DNA of 64,000 nucleotides from an uncultured Gemmatimonadaceae bacterium (GCA_963740355.1 CAVUDW010000002.1:1568001-1632000), one strand, 5' to 3'; positions 9,332 to 18,499 are shown, counted from the stretch's first letter. Notes: generated by a model from the sequence alone, not told the origin. Numbers and translations: made by a program.

Positions 9332-10972
9332 TCAGCGCGACGACACTCGCACGGATTTCCCCGAGAACCGCACGCGCATCGGCCAGCCACCGCTGCGCCT
9401 GGCCCCGTTGATCTTGATCGGCGCGGCATTCTGCACCGCGGCCGATGCATTCTCGACGAAGACCGGTTCGTCTGACGTATTGCCAGGTCGCACCGACGCA
9501 AACTGACCGTTCTGGTCGACGATCACATCAAAGTCGGCGTGGAGGTCGGCAATTTCGTCGCCGTACTCCTTCGTCACGTCCGTGAGGTAGAAGCGCCAGG
9601 TTGCTTCCACCGCACTCGCCAGCGCGCGACGCACCGTTTCGGTGACCTTCGCCTCGGCAGCACGCGAGGCCGCGTCGACAGCGGGTGTTGCCGGCGGCGT
9701 TGCGGGTGTCGTTTCGCGCGGTGACGCGGCAGGTGGCGCCGTCACCGAAGGTGCGGCAGCAGATGGTGCTGGCGTCGCCGTCGCCGGCGATGACGTCGGT
9801 GTCGCGCCCGCTGTCGTCGAGTCGGCCACTGTCTCCGGCGCACGCGACGCCATCGAGCGATAAGCGACGACCGCGATCACAGCGGCCACCACGATTCCAG
9901 GAACCACCACCAACGGCCACCGCGCAGACTGTGGGCGCCGACGCACGGACTCGGTGATCGGTTCCGGCGCGCGCGATGCCACGGCTGGCGTTTCCAACCG
10001 TACCGTCGCTGCCGGCACGACTGGAATCACGGTCGGTACAGGCTCCGGGACTGCTGGTGTGCTGCCGGTGGTCCGCTGCAGCATGCGTTCACCTGAATCG
10101 ATGATGCCACGCAGGCCAGCGGTTGACGGTGTCTTCCGTGCGGTGAGCACATCACCAAAGAGGCAGACGCGCAACGCATCCGCCATCGATCGTGCATCTG
10201 ACCACCGGTCATCTCGTTGCTTTGCCGTGGCACGGAGGATGATCGCGATCACTTCAGGCGGCACACCACGAGCCTCGAGCGGCGCGAGATCCGGTCCTGC
10301 GTTCACGAGTTGGTACATCAACTCGGCAAAGTTCTCGCGATCGAATGCGGGGCGCCCGGTGAGCATCTCGTACAGCAACAGGCCGACGGCGTGAATGTCC
10401 ACGCGCGCATCGAGCTCTTCGCCGCGCAGCTGCTCCGGCGCCATGTACCGCGGTGTGCCGATCACCGCACCAGTCATGGTGAGGTTTGCCTCGCCACGAC
10501 CCGTGCGCTTGGCGATGCCGAAATCGAGGACTTTCGCCAGGCCGTCCTCGGTCACCATCACGTTGGACGGCTTCAGGTCGCGATGCACCAACCCCGTGCG
10601 ATGCGCCGAGGTCAGGCCATCACAGATCTGTGCCGCGAGGTCGAGCGAGTCCTCGAGTGAGAGTGCGCCGTCGCGTTCGAGCTTGTCGGCAAGCGTTTCG
10701 CCTTCGACATGCTCCATCACGATCAGTGTACGGCCGCCGTCATCGAGATAGTCGAAGACGCGAACGACATTGGTGTGCTGGATGGCAGCCGCAGCGCGTG
10801 CCTCGCGCTCGAGACGCAGGCCGAGTTGCGCATCCGTGGCATCCGGCAACACGATCTTGACCGCGACCGAGCGCTGCAGGCGCTCATCCGTTGCCAGCCA
10901 GACCTGCCCCATGGCCCCTGATCCCAGCAGCCGGTGGAGCCGGAACCGGCCCCCGATCAATGCAGATTCCAC
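9332..10972 (-). CDS. Hanks-type Ser/Thr protein kinase with TM helix, Pro/Ala/Thr linker and TonB/TolA-C-like C-terminal domain
   Basis: LGSGAMGQV, VAVK, HRDLKPSN, DFG and APE motifs intact; hydrophobic segment LVVVPGIVVAAVIAVVAY. Confidence 0.93.
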   Translation of the reverse strand: MESALIGGRFRLHRLLGSGAMGQVWLATDERLQRSVAVKIVLPDATDAQLGLRLEREARAAAAIQHTNVVRVFDYLDDGGRTLIVMEHVEGETLADKLERDGALSLEDSLDLAAQICDGLTSAHRTGLVHRDLKPSNVMVTEDGLAKVLDFGIAKRTGRGEANLTMTGAVIGTPRYMAPEQLRGEELDARVDIHAVGLLLYEMLTGRPAFDRENFAELMYQLVNAGPDLAPLEARGVPPEVIAIILRATAKQRDDRWSDARSMADALRVCLFGDVLTARKTPSTAGLRGIIDSGERMLQRTTGSTPAVPEPVPTVIPVVPAATVRLETPAVASRAPEPITESVRRRPQSARWPLVVVPGIVVAAVIAVVAYRSMASRAPETVADSTTAGATPTSSPATATPAPSAAAPSVTAPPAASPRETTPATPPATPAVDAASRAAEAKVTETVRRALASAVEATWRFYLTDVTKEYGDEIADLHADFDVIVDQNGQFASVRPGNTSDEPVFVENASAAVQNAAPIKINGARRSGGWPMRVRFSGKSVRVSSR

Positions 10973-10978
10973 CGTTGC

Positions 10979-13270
10979 TCAATCAGAACGGACTGTGACA
11001 AAATCCTTCTCACCCAGGATCATCAGAACTTGCGGGTCCGCGCCATCGAGCGCGACCCGCAACACCACCAACACGGCGCCATTCGCGCCCGGCCACGACC
11101 GTGCACGCGCCACCACGATCACCGACGTGTCGTCGTAGCCAGCACTGATGTCCTGGATCACCAGCCCTGAGGGGACACGCACAGGGGTTGGCGTCTGGAC
11201 CTGGTCATTGCCGATCGTCACCCACTGCAGGGTCGATGGGCGCGGGCGCGACGACGAATCGACGGCCAGCAGCACTCGACCATCCCGAAGCCGCGCGATC
11301 AGTTCCTCACGTGGCTTGCCATTGGTGAGCATCACCACCGTACCTGCCTTGAGACGCGCGAGATCTGCCACGCCACCAGTCTCGAAGCGCACCAGGACGC
11401 TCGACGTATCGACGTCGGCGCTCGGGTATCGGAACTTCGAGTTCCCTCCCGACGCCAGCACGGTCGTGGCACGCGTATCGATCTGCACACGCAAGACAGC
11501 GCTCACCTTGGGATCGCGACTGGCCATCAGCACGGCCTTCCCATCCTTGGTCCACGACGGGTCTGAGGCGCTGAGTGTGTCGGGACTGAGATTCTTCCAG
11601 TTCCGGCCATCCGCGTCGATCAGTGCCACGCGCGGCTGGTTGGCGCGATCGAGCGGCTCATAGGTCAGCGCGATCTTCGTCCGGTCAGGCGACCAGACGG
11701 CTTGCGATACCTGCCCGCTGTCGAGCTGCACGAGCAGCACCGGGGTGGTGTCCTTGGCGCCAACCAACTGCCAGATGCCGCGCACACCAGCGATCGCGCC
11801 CGAGACGAGTCCATGCCCCGTCACGTAGACCGTGGCGGTATCTGCACCGGCACCAGCCTGCGAGGCGATCAACGTGGTCCGGCCTGGCTTGATCGCCGTC
11901 ACGTTGCCGCCGGCATCCACCGACACCATGTCGGGCGCCGACGAAACCCAGCGGACCGATGTGGCCGGCCCAAAATCACGTTGGTCACTGCCGCGGATCT
12001 GCGCCGACAGTTTCCGCGACGTGCCGGCAATCACGGACAGGGAATGTGCGGCGAGCGAGACGCGCGCAGCCTGCACCGTCACTGGCCACGTCATCAGCGG
12101 CATGCCGGGCGCATCGAGGGTGATGCGCGTGGAGCCTTCGCGAACGCCGGTCACCACGCCGCGTGCGTCGATCCGCGCGACCGTCGTGTCGGCCATGCTC
12201 CAGGCGAGCGTGTTGTTCGAGAGCACGGTTCCGGCGGTGCCCGTGGCCTTTGCCTCGAGTGTCACCGTGCCGCCGGTGCCGACGGTCACCATCGTGCCCT
12301 GCGCCGGAATCGTCTCGACCTTGGCGATGCGTTGTGTGACGCGCACCGGAATTCGGCGGGTGACACCATAGCCGTCGACGATCAGGTCCGCTTCACCGGC
12401 ATCGAGCGCCTGCACGATGCCGGCGGTCGGACTGAGCACGCGAAGCACCGCGGGATCGGTGGTGCGCCAGATGAGGTTTTGCGTGACGACACGGCGACCC
12501 TGCGCAGGGACGACCAGTGAGACCGTGTCCTGAGCGCCGGACACCATGCGGAGTGAGTCGGGCCGAGGCACGAGTACTGGCTCGCCGACCGAGACCGGGA
12601 CCGACTGCGTGATCGATTGGCCGTACCGACCACCGAGCGTTCCCGAACCTGGAACGACACCGATGATTTCCGTGGCGTTGGGGTCGAGCGCGATCGCGGC
12701 ACCGAACGTATTCCAGACGACGTCTTTCGCTTCCGCCTGTGTGCCGTCGGCGTACACGAGACGGAAGCTCGGCCGGAACCGTTCACCCGGAAGCAACTGG
12801 ATGTTGAGCGGCAGAATCGATGCACCAACCACTGCCTGACCGGGCGGGGTTGCTGGCGCCGCACTCGGCGTCGCTGGTACCGCAGCGCTCGGCCGCGGCT
12901 GTTCTGGCGCGGCCACGGAGGCTGGCGCGGCGGTGCCGCTGACCGTGACGGGCACGCGCCTCGCCTGTCCGCCCGCTCGTACCACGATCTCCGCCTTGCC
13001 GGCGCGGATGGCGCGCACGGCTCCGGTGGCTCCCACTGAGACCACCGTCGTGTCCGAGCTCGTGAATTGCACGCCAGCGGTCTCGATGGCAATCGATCGA
13101 CTCTGCTCGTCGAGCAATTCCACGACGATCTGACCGGAGCTGCCCGCTTCGAGGCGCATCACGATCGGTGACACGAGGAACTTCGTCACCGTTTGCGCTG
13201 TCGCGGTGCGTGCAGCACCGGCGAGCAGCAGTACGGCGAAGACCGCGTTCCACGCTTTCGAGCACTTCAT
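10979..13270 (-). CDS. Secreted protein with about 5 bacterial Ig-like (Big_2) repeats and a TolB/PD40-like beta-propeller
   Basis: Signal peptide; repeats such as FTSSDTTVVSV..G.V.A, WSMADTTVARID..G.V.G and WVSSAPDMVSVD..G.V.A; WSPDRTKI and PSWTKDGK blades. Confidence 0.8.
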   Translation of the reverse strand: MKCSKAWNAVFAVLLLAGAARTATAQTVTKFLVSPIVMRLEAGSSGQIVVELLDEQSRSIAIETAGVQFTSSDTTVVSVGATGAVRAIRAGKAEIVVRAGGQARRVPVTVSGTAAPASVAAPEQPRPSAAVPATPSAAPATPPGQAVVGASILPLNIQLLPGERFRPSFRLVYADGTQAEAKDVVWNTFGAAIALDPNATEIIGVVPGSGTLGGRYGQSITQSVPVSVGEPVLVPRPDSLRMVSGAQDTVSLVVPAQGRRVVTQNLIWRTTDPAVLRVLSPTAGIVQALDAGEADLIVDGYGVTRRIPVRVTQRIAKVETIPAQGTMVTVGTGGTVTLEAKATGTAGTVLSNNTLAWSMADTTVARIDARGVVTGVREGSTRITLDAPGMPLMTWPVTVQAARVSLAAHSLSVIAGTSRKLSAQIRGSDQRDFGPATSVRWVSSAPDMVSVDAGGNVTAIKPGRTTLIASQAGAGADTATVYVTGHGLVSGAIAGVRGIWQLVGAKDTTPVLLVQLDSGQVSQAVWSPDRTKIALTYEPLDRANQPRVALIDADGRNWKNLSPDTLSASDPSWTKDGKAVLMASRDPKVSAVLRVQIDTRATTVLASGGNSKFRYPSADVDTSSVLVRFETGGVADLARLKAGTVVMLTNGKPREELIARLRDGRVLLAVDSSSRPRPSTLQWVTIGNDQVQTPTPVRVPSGLVIQDISAGYDDTSVIVVARARSWPGANGAVLVVLRVALDGADPQVLMILGEKDFVTVRSD

Positions 13271-13662
13271 GGAGACAGGAATCCGAAGTTCAGCGAATGA
13301 TGCTTGAATGCCGGCGTCGCAGGACGCTGGCGTCGAGTACGGATGCAGGGGCTGCGCCTGCCGGTCTGAGCACGGACTCCCGGTTCGGTTGCGGCGTGAC
13401 ATGTCACGCCCGACGCGGGAGCTGCCGTCGTGCGCGCCTCAGCAAGAGACATCCGCTAAAGCTACGGCTCATCACCCGATCATTCCAGCGGGAACCGGCC
13501 AGTCCGGCCCGGGAGGACGCCCGCAGCGCACCGTTCTGCGGTCCGATGGACGGAAAGTCGAGCCCCGCGTGGTGGGTCGGCAAAGGGCGGGAGGAGGGAC
13601 CGCGCAGAATGATCGTCCGCCTCGATTCTGGCGGCTCGGGCCTGCCGGACCGCGGCGCTCCG

Positions 13663-14613
13663 TCAGTCGCCCTCCGGCTCCGGACCGAAAACTTCGAGGA
13701 AACGTCCACCGGAGAGCGCTCCGCTCCGGCCATGGACGAAGTAGGCGCGGGCGGGATCCGTCGCGGTGGCGCCGGCCTGTGGCTCGAGTAGCATCCGCAG
13801 GCCGGTGCAGAGAAAGCTGTGGCAGATGTCGGCCCGCAGGTCCGGGGCGAGGGTACAGCCGCGCTCACCCTGGTAGACACACCCGTGCGTCATGGTACGC
13901 GCGCCGATGTGCCGCCCATACTCGGCAACCACCATGTCGTCGTCGGCCGTCGGATGCCGATGCAGGTAGCGGAGCATCGTGTCCGAGGTGATGTACGCCC
14001 GGTTTCCGGCCTTCCGGCAGCAGGCACCACGGCAGGCGGCGCAGGCTGCCAGCAGCAACTGCGCTTCGGCATCGGCGGCCGCGGAGGCCGTCCGGCTGAG
14101 CTCCGCGCCTGGTTCGACGGTCGGCGGGTCGGCTTCGGGTGGTTGCGGTTCTGTCGCGAGCCTTTGGCGCGCCTCCGTCAGGCACGCCCGCAGGTGCGCC
14201 TCATGCAGCCCGCGCCGTCGGGCAGGGATATTGGAGACGCGATCGTCGTTATACGGCAGGAGCGCCACGCGGTAGCTCGCCTGTGCCTCACGCGAGATGC
14301 CCTTCGCGGCGGCCGATCGACTGCGACGTCGGCGCAACTCGTCGAGCAAGGCTTCCTTCGCTGCCGCATCCCGAAGGCGTTTCGCCTCGAACACGGCGGC
14401 GCGACATGGCGGGTTGTCACAGTACCCACGTGCGCGCTGCGCAGGCGCCAGTGGTCGAGTGCACTGCGAACACTTGAAGGCCGATGGTATCGCGGCGTGC
14501 TTCCCCGCGCAGATGCGCGATTGGCAGAGCACGTCTTGCAGCGGCCGAAAGGCGGCCAGCGGCGCGCCGCACATTACGCAGGCGGTGACGGACGCCTTGA
14601 TAGCGGGCTGCAT
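13663..14613 (-). CDS. Cys-rich protein: N-terminal zinc-ribbon-like repeats plus YkgJ-like cysteine-cluster domain
   Basis: CVMC..CQSRIC and CSQC..CDNPPC at the N-terminus; CAACRGACC...CVYQGERGC...RADICHSFLC at the C-terminus. Confidence 0.7.
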   Translation of the reverse strand: MQPAIKASVTACVMCGAPLAAFRPLQDVLCQSRICAGKHAAIPSAFKCSQCTRPLAPAQRARGYCDNPPCRAAVFEAKRLRDAAAKEALLDELRRRRSRSAAAKGISREAQASYRVALLPYNDDRVSNIPARRRGLHEAHLRACLTEARQRLATEPQPPEADPPTVEPGAELSRTASAAADAEAQLLLAACAACRGACCRKAGNRAYITSDTMLRYLHRHPTADDDMVVAEYGRHIGARTMTHGCVYQGERGCTLAPDLRADICHSFLCTGLRMLLEPQAGATATDPARAYFVHGRSGALSGGRFLEVFGPEPEGD

Positions 14614-14710
14614 GGTGGCAGTTGGTTGAGTCAAATCACGAAGACGAGATACATAGGGCTCTCCTCCGAGCGAGGCAACGCCATCAGGTAGGCACGTCGC
14701 CACGCTCTCC

Positions 14711-15286
14711 CTACGCTCTCAGAAGCGTCCCGTTCAGGTCTGCCTGACCGGACTCGAGACATCGCTTGAGATAAGCGAGGTAGTCACGTGTTGTGTCGTC
14801 GACCTGAGCGTTCCGCAGCAGGATCCAGATCTCTGTCGCAGCGAACACCTTTTGCGGTGCGCCCGCCTGGGCGCCGAGGTAGAACGAAACCGCGCCACTG
14901 GCATTGGCTGCGTAGATGCCGGAGAGGGCGCGCCACATGATCAGCATGTCGGGTGACTCCCGCGGCAAGGTTCGTCGTAACTCCTCCTCGACGGATTCGG
15001 CGTAGTGACGGAGTGACGGGAACTTCGTATCCGGCGCTGGAACACGCTCCATCACTTGTGGCAAGATTTCCTTGTCTGCCCATTGCGGTTCCGTCTTCTG
15101 CAGCGCCAGCAGACTGCGCCAGACCGGTGCATCATAGCCAAACCCGTAATACGAATTACCAATCGTATTCTTGAGTTCACCGGCGTAGAACAGCGCCTTG
15201 CCTGGCGAGGCACGAAGCGCGCGGCGCACGGCCGGATGGTCGTGGAGGTAGCGGAGAAACAGCGTGGTGCGCGATGACAGCGCCAT
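14711..15286 (-). CDS. Putative ADP-ribosyl cyclase-fold (ARC) NAD+ glycohydrolase/cyclase, stand-alone
   Basis: ALFYAG, MWRALSGIYAANASGAV and KVFAATEIWILLRN occur in the order of the ARC motifs (FWSG; W..S..YA..A.G.V; S.F...E...L); GAGG RBS upstream of ATG. Confidence 0.65.
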   Translation of the reverse strand: MALSSRTTLFLRYLHDHPAVRRALRASPGKALFYAGELKNTIGNSYYGFGYDAPVWRSLLALQKTEPQWADKEILPQVMERVPAPDTKFPSLRHYAESVEEELRRTLPRESPDMLIMWRALSGIYAANASGAVSFYLGAQAGAPQKVFAATEIWILLRNAQVDDTTRDYLAYLKRCLESGQADLNGTLLRA

Positions 15287-15518
15287 GGGTCCTCGCCAGG
15301 CGGGAGGGGTATGATGACCCTAATATACGGGACGACATTCGTGCCGCGCTGCGGCCATCGGCCGTTTGCCAGCTTCCGTGACGGACGGCTACGTTGGAGG
15401 AGGGGCGTTCGCGAGCTGAGGGTCACAAAGAATCGCGAGGTCTGAGCAGGTGCGAATATCCCGTCTCGCCCGCCCGTCACATGAAGTACACACTTCGTTG
15501 GCAATCGAGGGATGCGTC

Positions 15519-16226
15519 ATGACTGACATCGTGGGTAGCCAACGGGCAGCGGCCCAATACAACGGCAAGGCGATCGCGTTCTCGCAGGGTGCGGACCTTT
15601 GCGATGCTCTCGTTTCGCGCTGGATCCGAAAGCGGTTTCGCAACAAGGATTTCTTCAATCCGCGCTACTTCAAGGATTGGACCGTCCCGGACAACGCGAA
15701 GTCCTTTCTGCTGGGCTATAAGAGCTGGGCACCAGGACCTGACCCGAAAAAGACGAAACTCGGAGCCGCGCCGGGCGGTTCGCGCGTGATTGGGATGCAA
15801 AAGGCCTTCATCGGGAAGCCGGATGTGTCGAATTCCTACATCCAGCAAGGAAAGCCGAGTCAACCCAACAAAGGCAACGAAAATGACTTGAAGATGTATC
15901 CAACGGCAGCGCGCATTGCGGACAAGGTCGAAACCAAGGACCTGGACCACATCAGCAAGGATTTTCAGGACATCGATCGTCGGCGCCTGATGGTGTCGTT
16001 TTCGTTCCGAACGTTCAACACATCGCATGCGTGTGCACTCGATGCACGATCAGCGAACGACGTCCGCTACTTCGATCCAAACATTGGAGAATTTCGATTC
16101 AACAACTTCAAGGACTTCGTAGGCTGGTGGACGCACTGCGCGAAGACGAAGGGTGCTAGCGCGAAAAAGGAAGGTTTTGACATATTTAACGGACTATTCG
16201 CGTACACCACGTTCACTAACCCTTGA
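15519..16226 (+). CDS. YopT/AvrPphB-like (peptidase C58) papain-fold cysteine protease
   Basis: Cys in FSQGADLCDALVSRW, His in SHACAL, Asp in YFDPNIGEFRF; RBS GAGGGA before ATG 15519. Confidence 0.8.
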   Translation: MTDIVGSQRAAAQYNGKAIAFSQGADLCDALVSRWIRKRFRNKDFFNPRYFKDWTVPDNAKSFLLGYKSWAPGPDPKKTKLGAAPGGSRVIGMQKAFIGKPDVSNSYIQQGKPSQPNKGNENDLKMYPTAARIADKVETKDLDHISKDFQDIDRRRLMVSFSFRTFNTSHACALDARSANDVRYFDPNIGEFRFNNFKDFVGWWTHCAKTKGASAKKEGFDIFNGLFAYTTFTNP

Positions 16227-16340
16227 GGCAAGCAGCTACGAGCACGGCAACCTCAGCGCGATCCGTTAGCTCCTCGTCACACTCCGACCGAGAGCGGATC
16301 GCGCCAGCCGCGGAAACAGTCTTCGCCCCACTCGTAGCCG

Positions 16341-18356
16341 CTATCGCCGCACCCACACCGAATCGACGATCACCACCCCGTTGTTGTGCTGCGTCAGTCG
16401 CCATGCGCCGGCGCCGCGACGCTCGAGGTGGAAGGCGCTCTGGGTGTCCTTCAGCCGCTCCTGCTGTGCTGGCGTGAATGCCCCGCTGGTCCGGGCGGTC
16501 TCCCACTCACGAATCGCATCCAGCAGGGCGGGGGTCGCTGGGTTCGTGCGCAAGGCGCCAGGCCGCGCCACCATTGCGAACCCGGCGTTGTACGCGGCCG
16601 CGCGCGCCAGCATCCACTCCATCTCGCCCATCGTCGTACTGTCGGTGAGGAGATACCAGCCGAGCATGTGCGGCATGTAGTTCCGGTCGAACAGGGCCTG
16701 GTTATCGATGCGATACTGCTGCATGCTCTCGCGAAAGCCGCCATACCACGGCTCGCCCCAGTTGTAGTACGATCCGATGTGCCAGTAAAACGTCTTGCTG
16801 ATGCTGGTGCCGTTGACCAGGTCATGCTTCACCGCGCGCATCACATCCTCGGCGAAGACCGTCACGCCATAGTCCCCCTGACCTGACGCCAGCCCACCTT
16901 CGAACCCGTCGAAGTCGATGTGGTCCACTCCGGTCTCGTTGAGGAACGCGGCGAGGTTTGCCGCCACTTCGCGTTGCATCGCAAAGTTGGGGAAGAACAC
17001 CTTGTAGCTGTGATCGAACAGCTTGCCAACGACGCTCGCGGCGGGATGGCTTGACGCTGTGGTGCCGAACGCACCACGCTTGGCGCCGAGCAGTCGAAAC
17101 GGAGCGGTTACCGTCACACTGTCGTATTGCACCAACTCGCGATCGATGCGCACCGTGTGCAGGTGATTCTCCTTCACCTCGCCGAAATACTCCGCCGATG
17201 CAACATCGATCTCCGTCTGCTGGCGATCGATCCCGCGTACCAATGTCGAACTCCCCGTGATGCTCAACCGTGCATCGGGGACAGGCGTGACATACGGATC
17301 GTTGGTGTTGATGAAGTTGGTCAGCGTGTGAACGCCGAGGTGCAGTCCTGCGGCGCGCGCCTTCTCCACCGCGCGTCGAACTCCGGCGCGGCCACTCGGG
17401 AACTGGGAGTCTGCGAGGATGAAATGGCCCCAGCTCTTGAACGGCCCTTCATGGTACAGTGAGTAGAGCCCAGCGCGCTTCGTGTACGCCAGCATCTCAT
17501 CGACATCCCGCTCGCCGAATGACGAGATCAGGTATGATCGACCGTAGAGCGGTGACCGCTTCATCCAGACGCCATTGATCGTGGGATGGGGCAGGTGCTC
17601 CGCAAGTTCGATCCGCTCCAGCCAGTCGAGCGTGGACGACTCCGCGCAGCTGAACAGCGCAATGCTGCTGCCGACCACGGTCTCGCCGGGAATCGGCGGC
17701 ACAGGCATGTTTTTCTGGTTGCCGCCCCACGCATCGACGCGCCGCGCTCGGCTCCGATCGATGGCATATGCCTGCAGCGTGCTGCCCCACGGCGTGGCCG
17801 TCGCCGCGAGGCCGCGCGCCCAGGTGCTGCCTTCACCGTTGGGCAAGTCACCGCCGAGCGTCTTTGCGTTCAGCACCTGCAGACCGAGAGCCACCGATCC
17901 ATCTCGCACCACGCCGATCACCTCGCCGACCGTGCTGCCGATGGTCGTCGGGTACGGCCCCCAGATCACCGCGTCGACGTGCCTCGCTGGCCTTGCGCTC
18001 AGGATCGTGAGTGTGAGATGTGTCGCCCGTGCGCGCACCTGAAGCACCAGTCGCACCTTCGGCTCGGCATAGTCCAGCGTCAAGCGAGTGCCGACCAGTG
18101 TCAGCTTCGTCGGTGTGCTGCGGCGCCCGGCGCTGACGATGCTCACCAATGGCGCCGGACTCGCTGAGTACAAGTAATCCTTGCCGCTGGCGGTGTTTCG
18201 CAGTGCAGCGACGGTGCCATTCGGATTCAGTTCGAGTTGCAACGCTCCAGCCGAAAGACGCATCTGTGCGCCAAGCCCGCCCGCCCACAGCAGCATGAGC
18301 ATCGCAACACTTGCCAGACTGGCCGTCAGCGTGGACCGCAGAATCCTCGACGGCAT
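16341..18356 (-). CDS. Secreted uncharacterised glycoside-hydrolase-like protein
   Basis: Signal peptide; beta-rich N-terminus, TIM-barrel-like alternation with DHIDFDGFEG; divergent from the fucosidase operon. Confidence 0.55.
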   Translation of the reverse strand: MPSRILRSTLTASLASVAMLMLLWAGGLGAQMRLSAGALQLELNPNGTVAALRNTASGKDYLYSASPAPLVSIVSAGRRSTPTKLTLVGTRLTLDYAEPKVRLVLQVRARATHLTLTILSARPARHVDAVIWGPYPTTIGSTVGEVIGVVRDGSVALGLQVLNAKTLGGDLPNGEGSTWARGLAATATPWGSTLQAYAIDRSRARRVDAWGGNQKNMPVPPIPGETVVGSSIALFSCAESSTLDWLERIELAEHLPHPTINGVWMKRSPLYGRSYLISSFGERDVDEMLAYTKRAGLYSLYHEGPFKSWGHFILADSQFPSGRAGVRRAVEKARAAGLHLGVHTLTNFINTNDPYVTPVPDARLSITGSSTLVRGIDRQQTEIDVASAEYFGEVKENHLHTVRIDRELVQYDSVTVTAPFRLLGAKRGAFGTTASSHPAASVVGKLFDHSYKVFFPNFAMQREVAANLAAFLNETGVDHIDFDGFEGGLASGQGDYGVTVFAEDVMRAVKHDLVNGTSISKTFYWHIGSYYNWGEPWYGGFRESMQQYRIDNQALFDRNYMPHMLGWYLLTDSTTMGEMEWMLARAAAYNAGFAMVARPGALRTNPATPALLDAIREWETARTSGAFTPAQQERLKDTQSAFHLERRGAGAWRLTQHNNGVVIVDSVWVRR

Positions 18357-18499
18357 GAACACACCTTGGGAATGGGTCTGGTCGCGGAATCCACCGGTCG
18401 ACGAGCGACGCATGCTCGGGCGTCGAGGGTCGTGGCCTCGGCGGTGCTGCACGGGCGTAACTTGCACCGCTCGCGCCACAGCGCTAGCGTCTCGCCACA

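Noticed and set aside
13271..16340. Prophage or IS boundaries around the toxin-like islet
   Set aside because: No integrase, transposase, att-like direct repeats or terminal inverted repeats were seen
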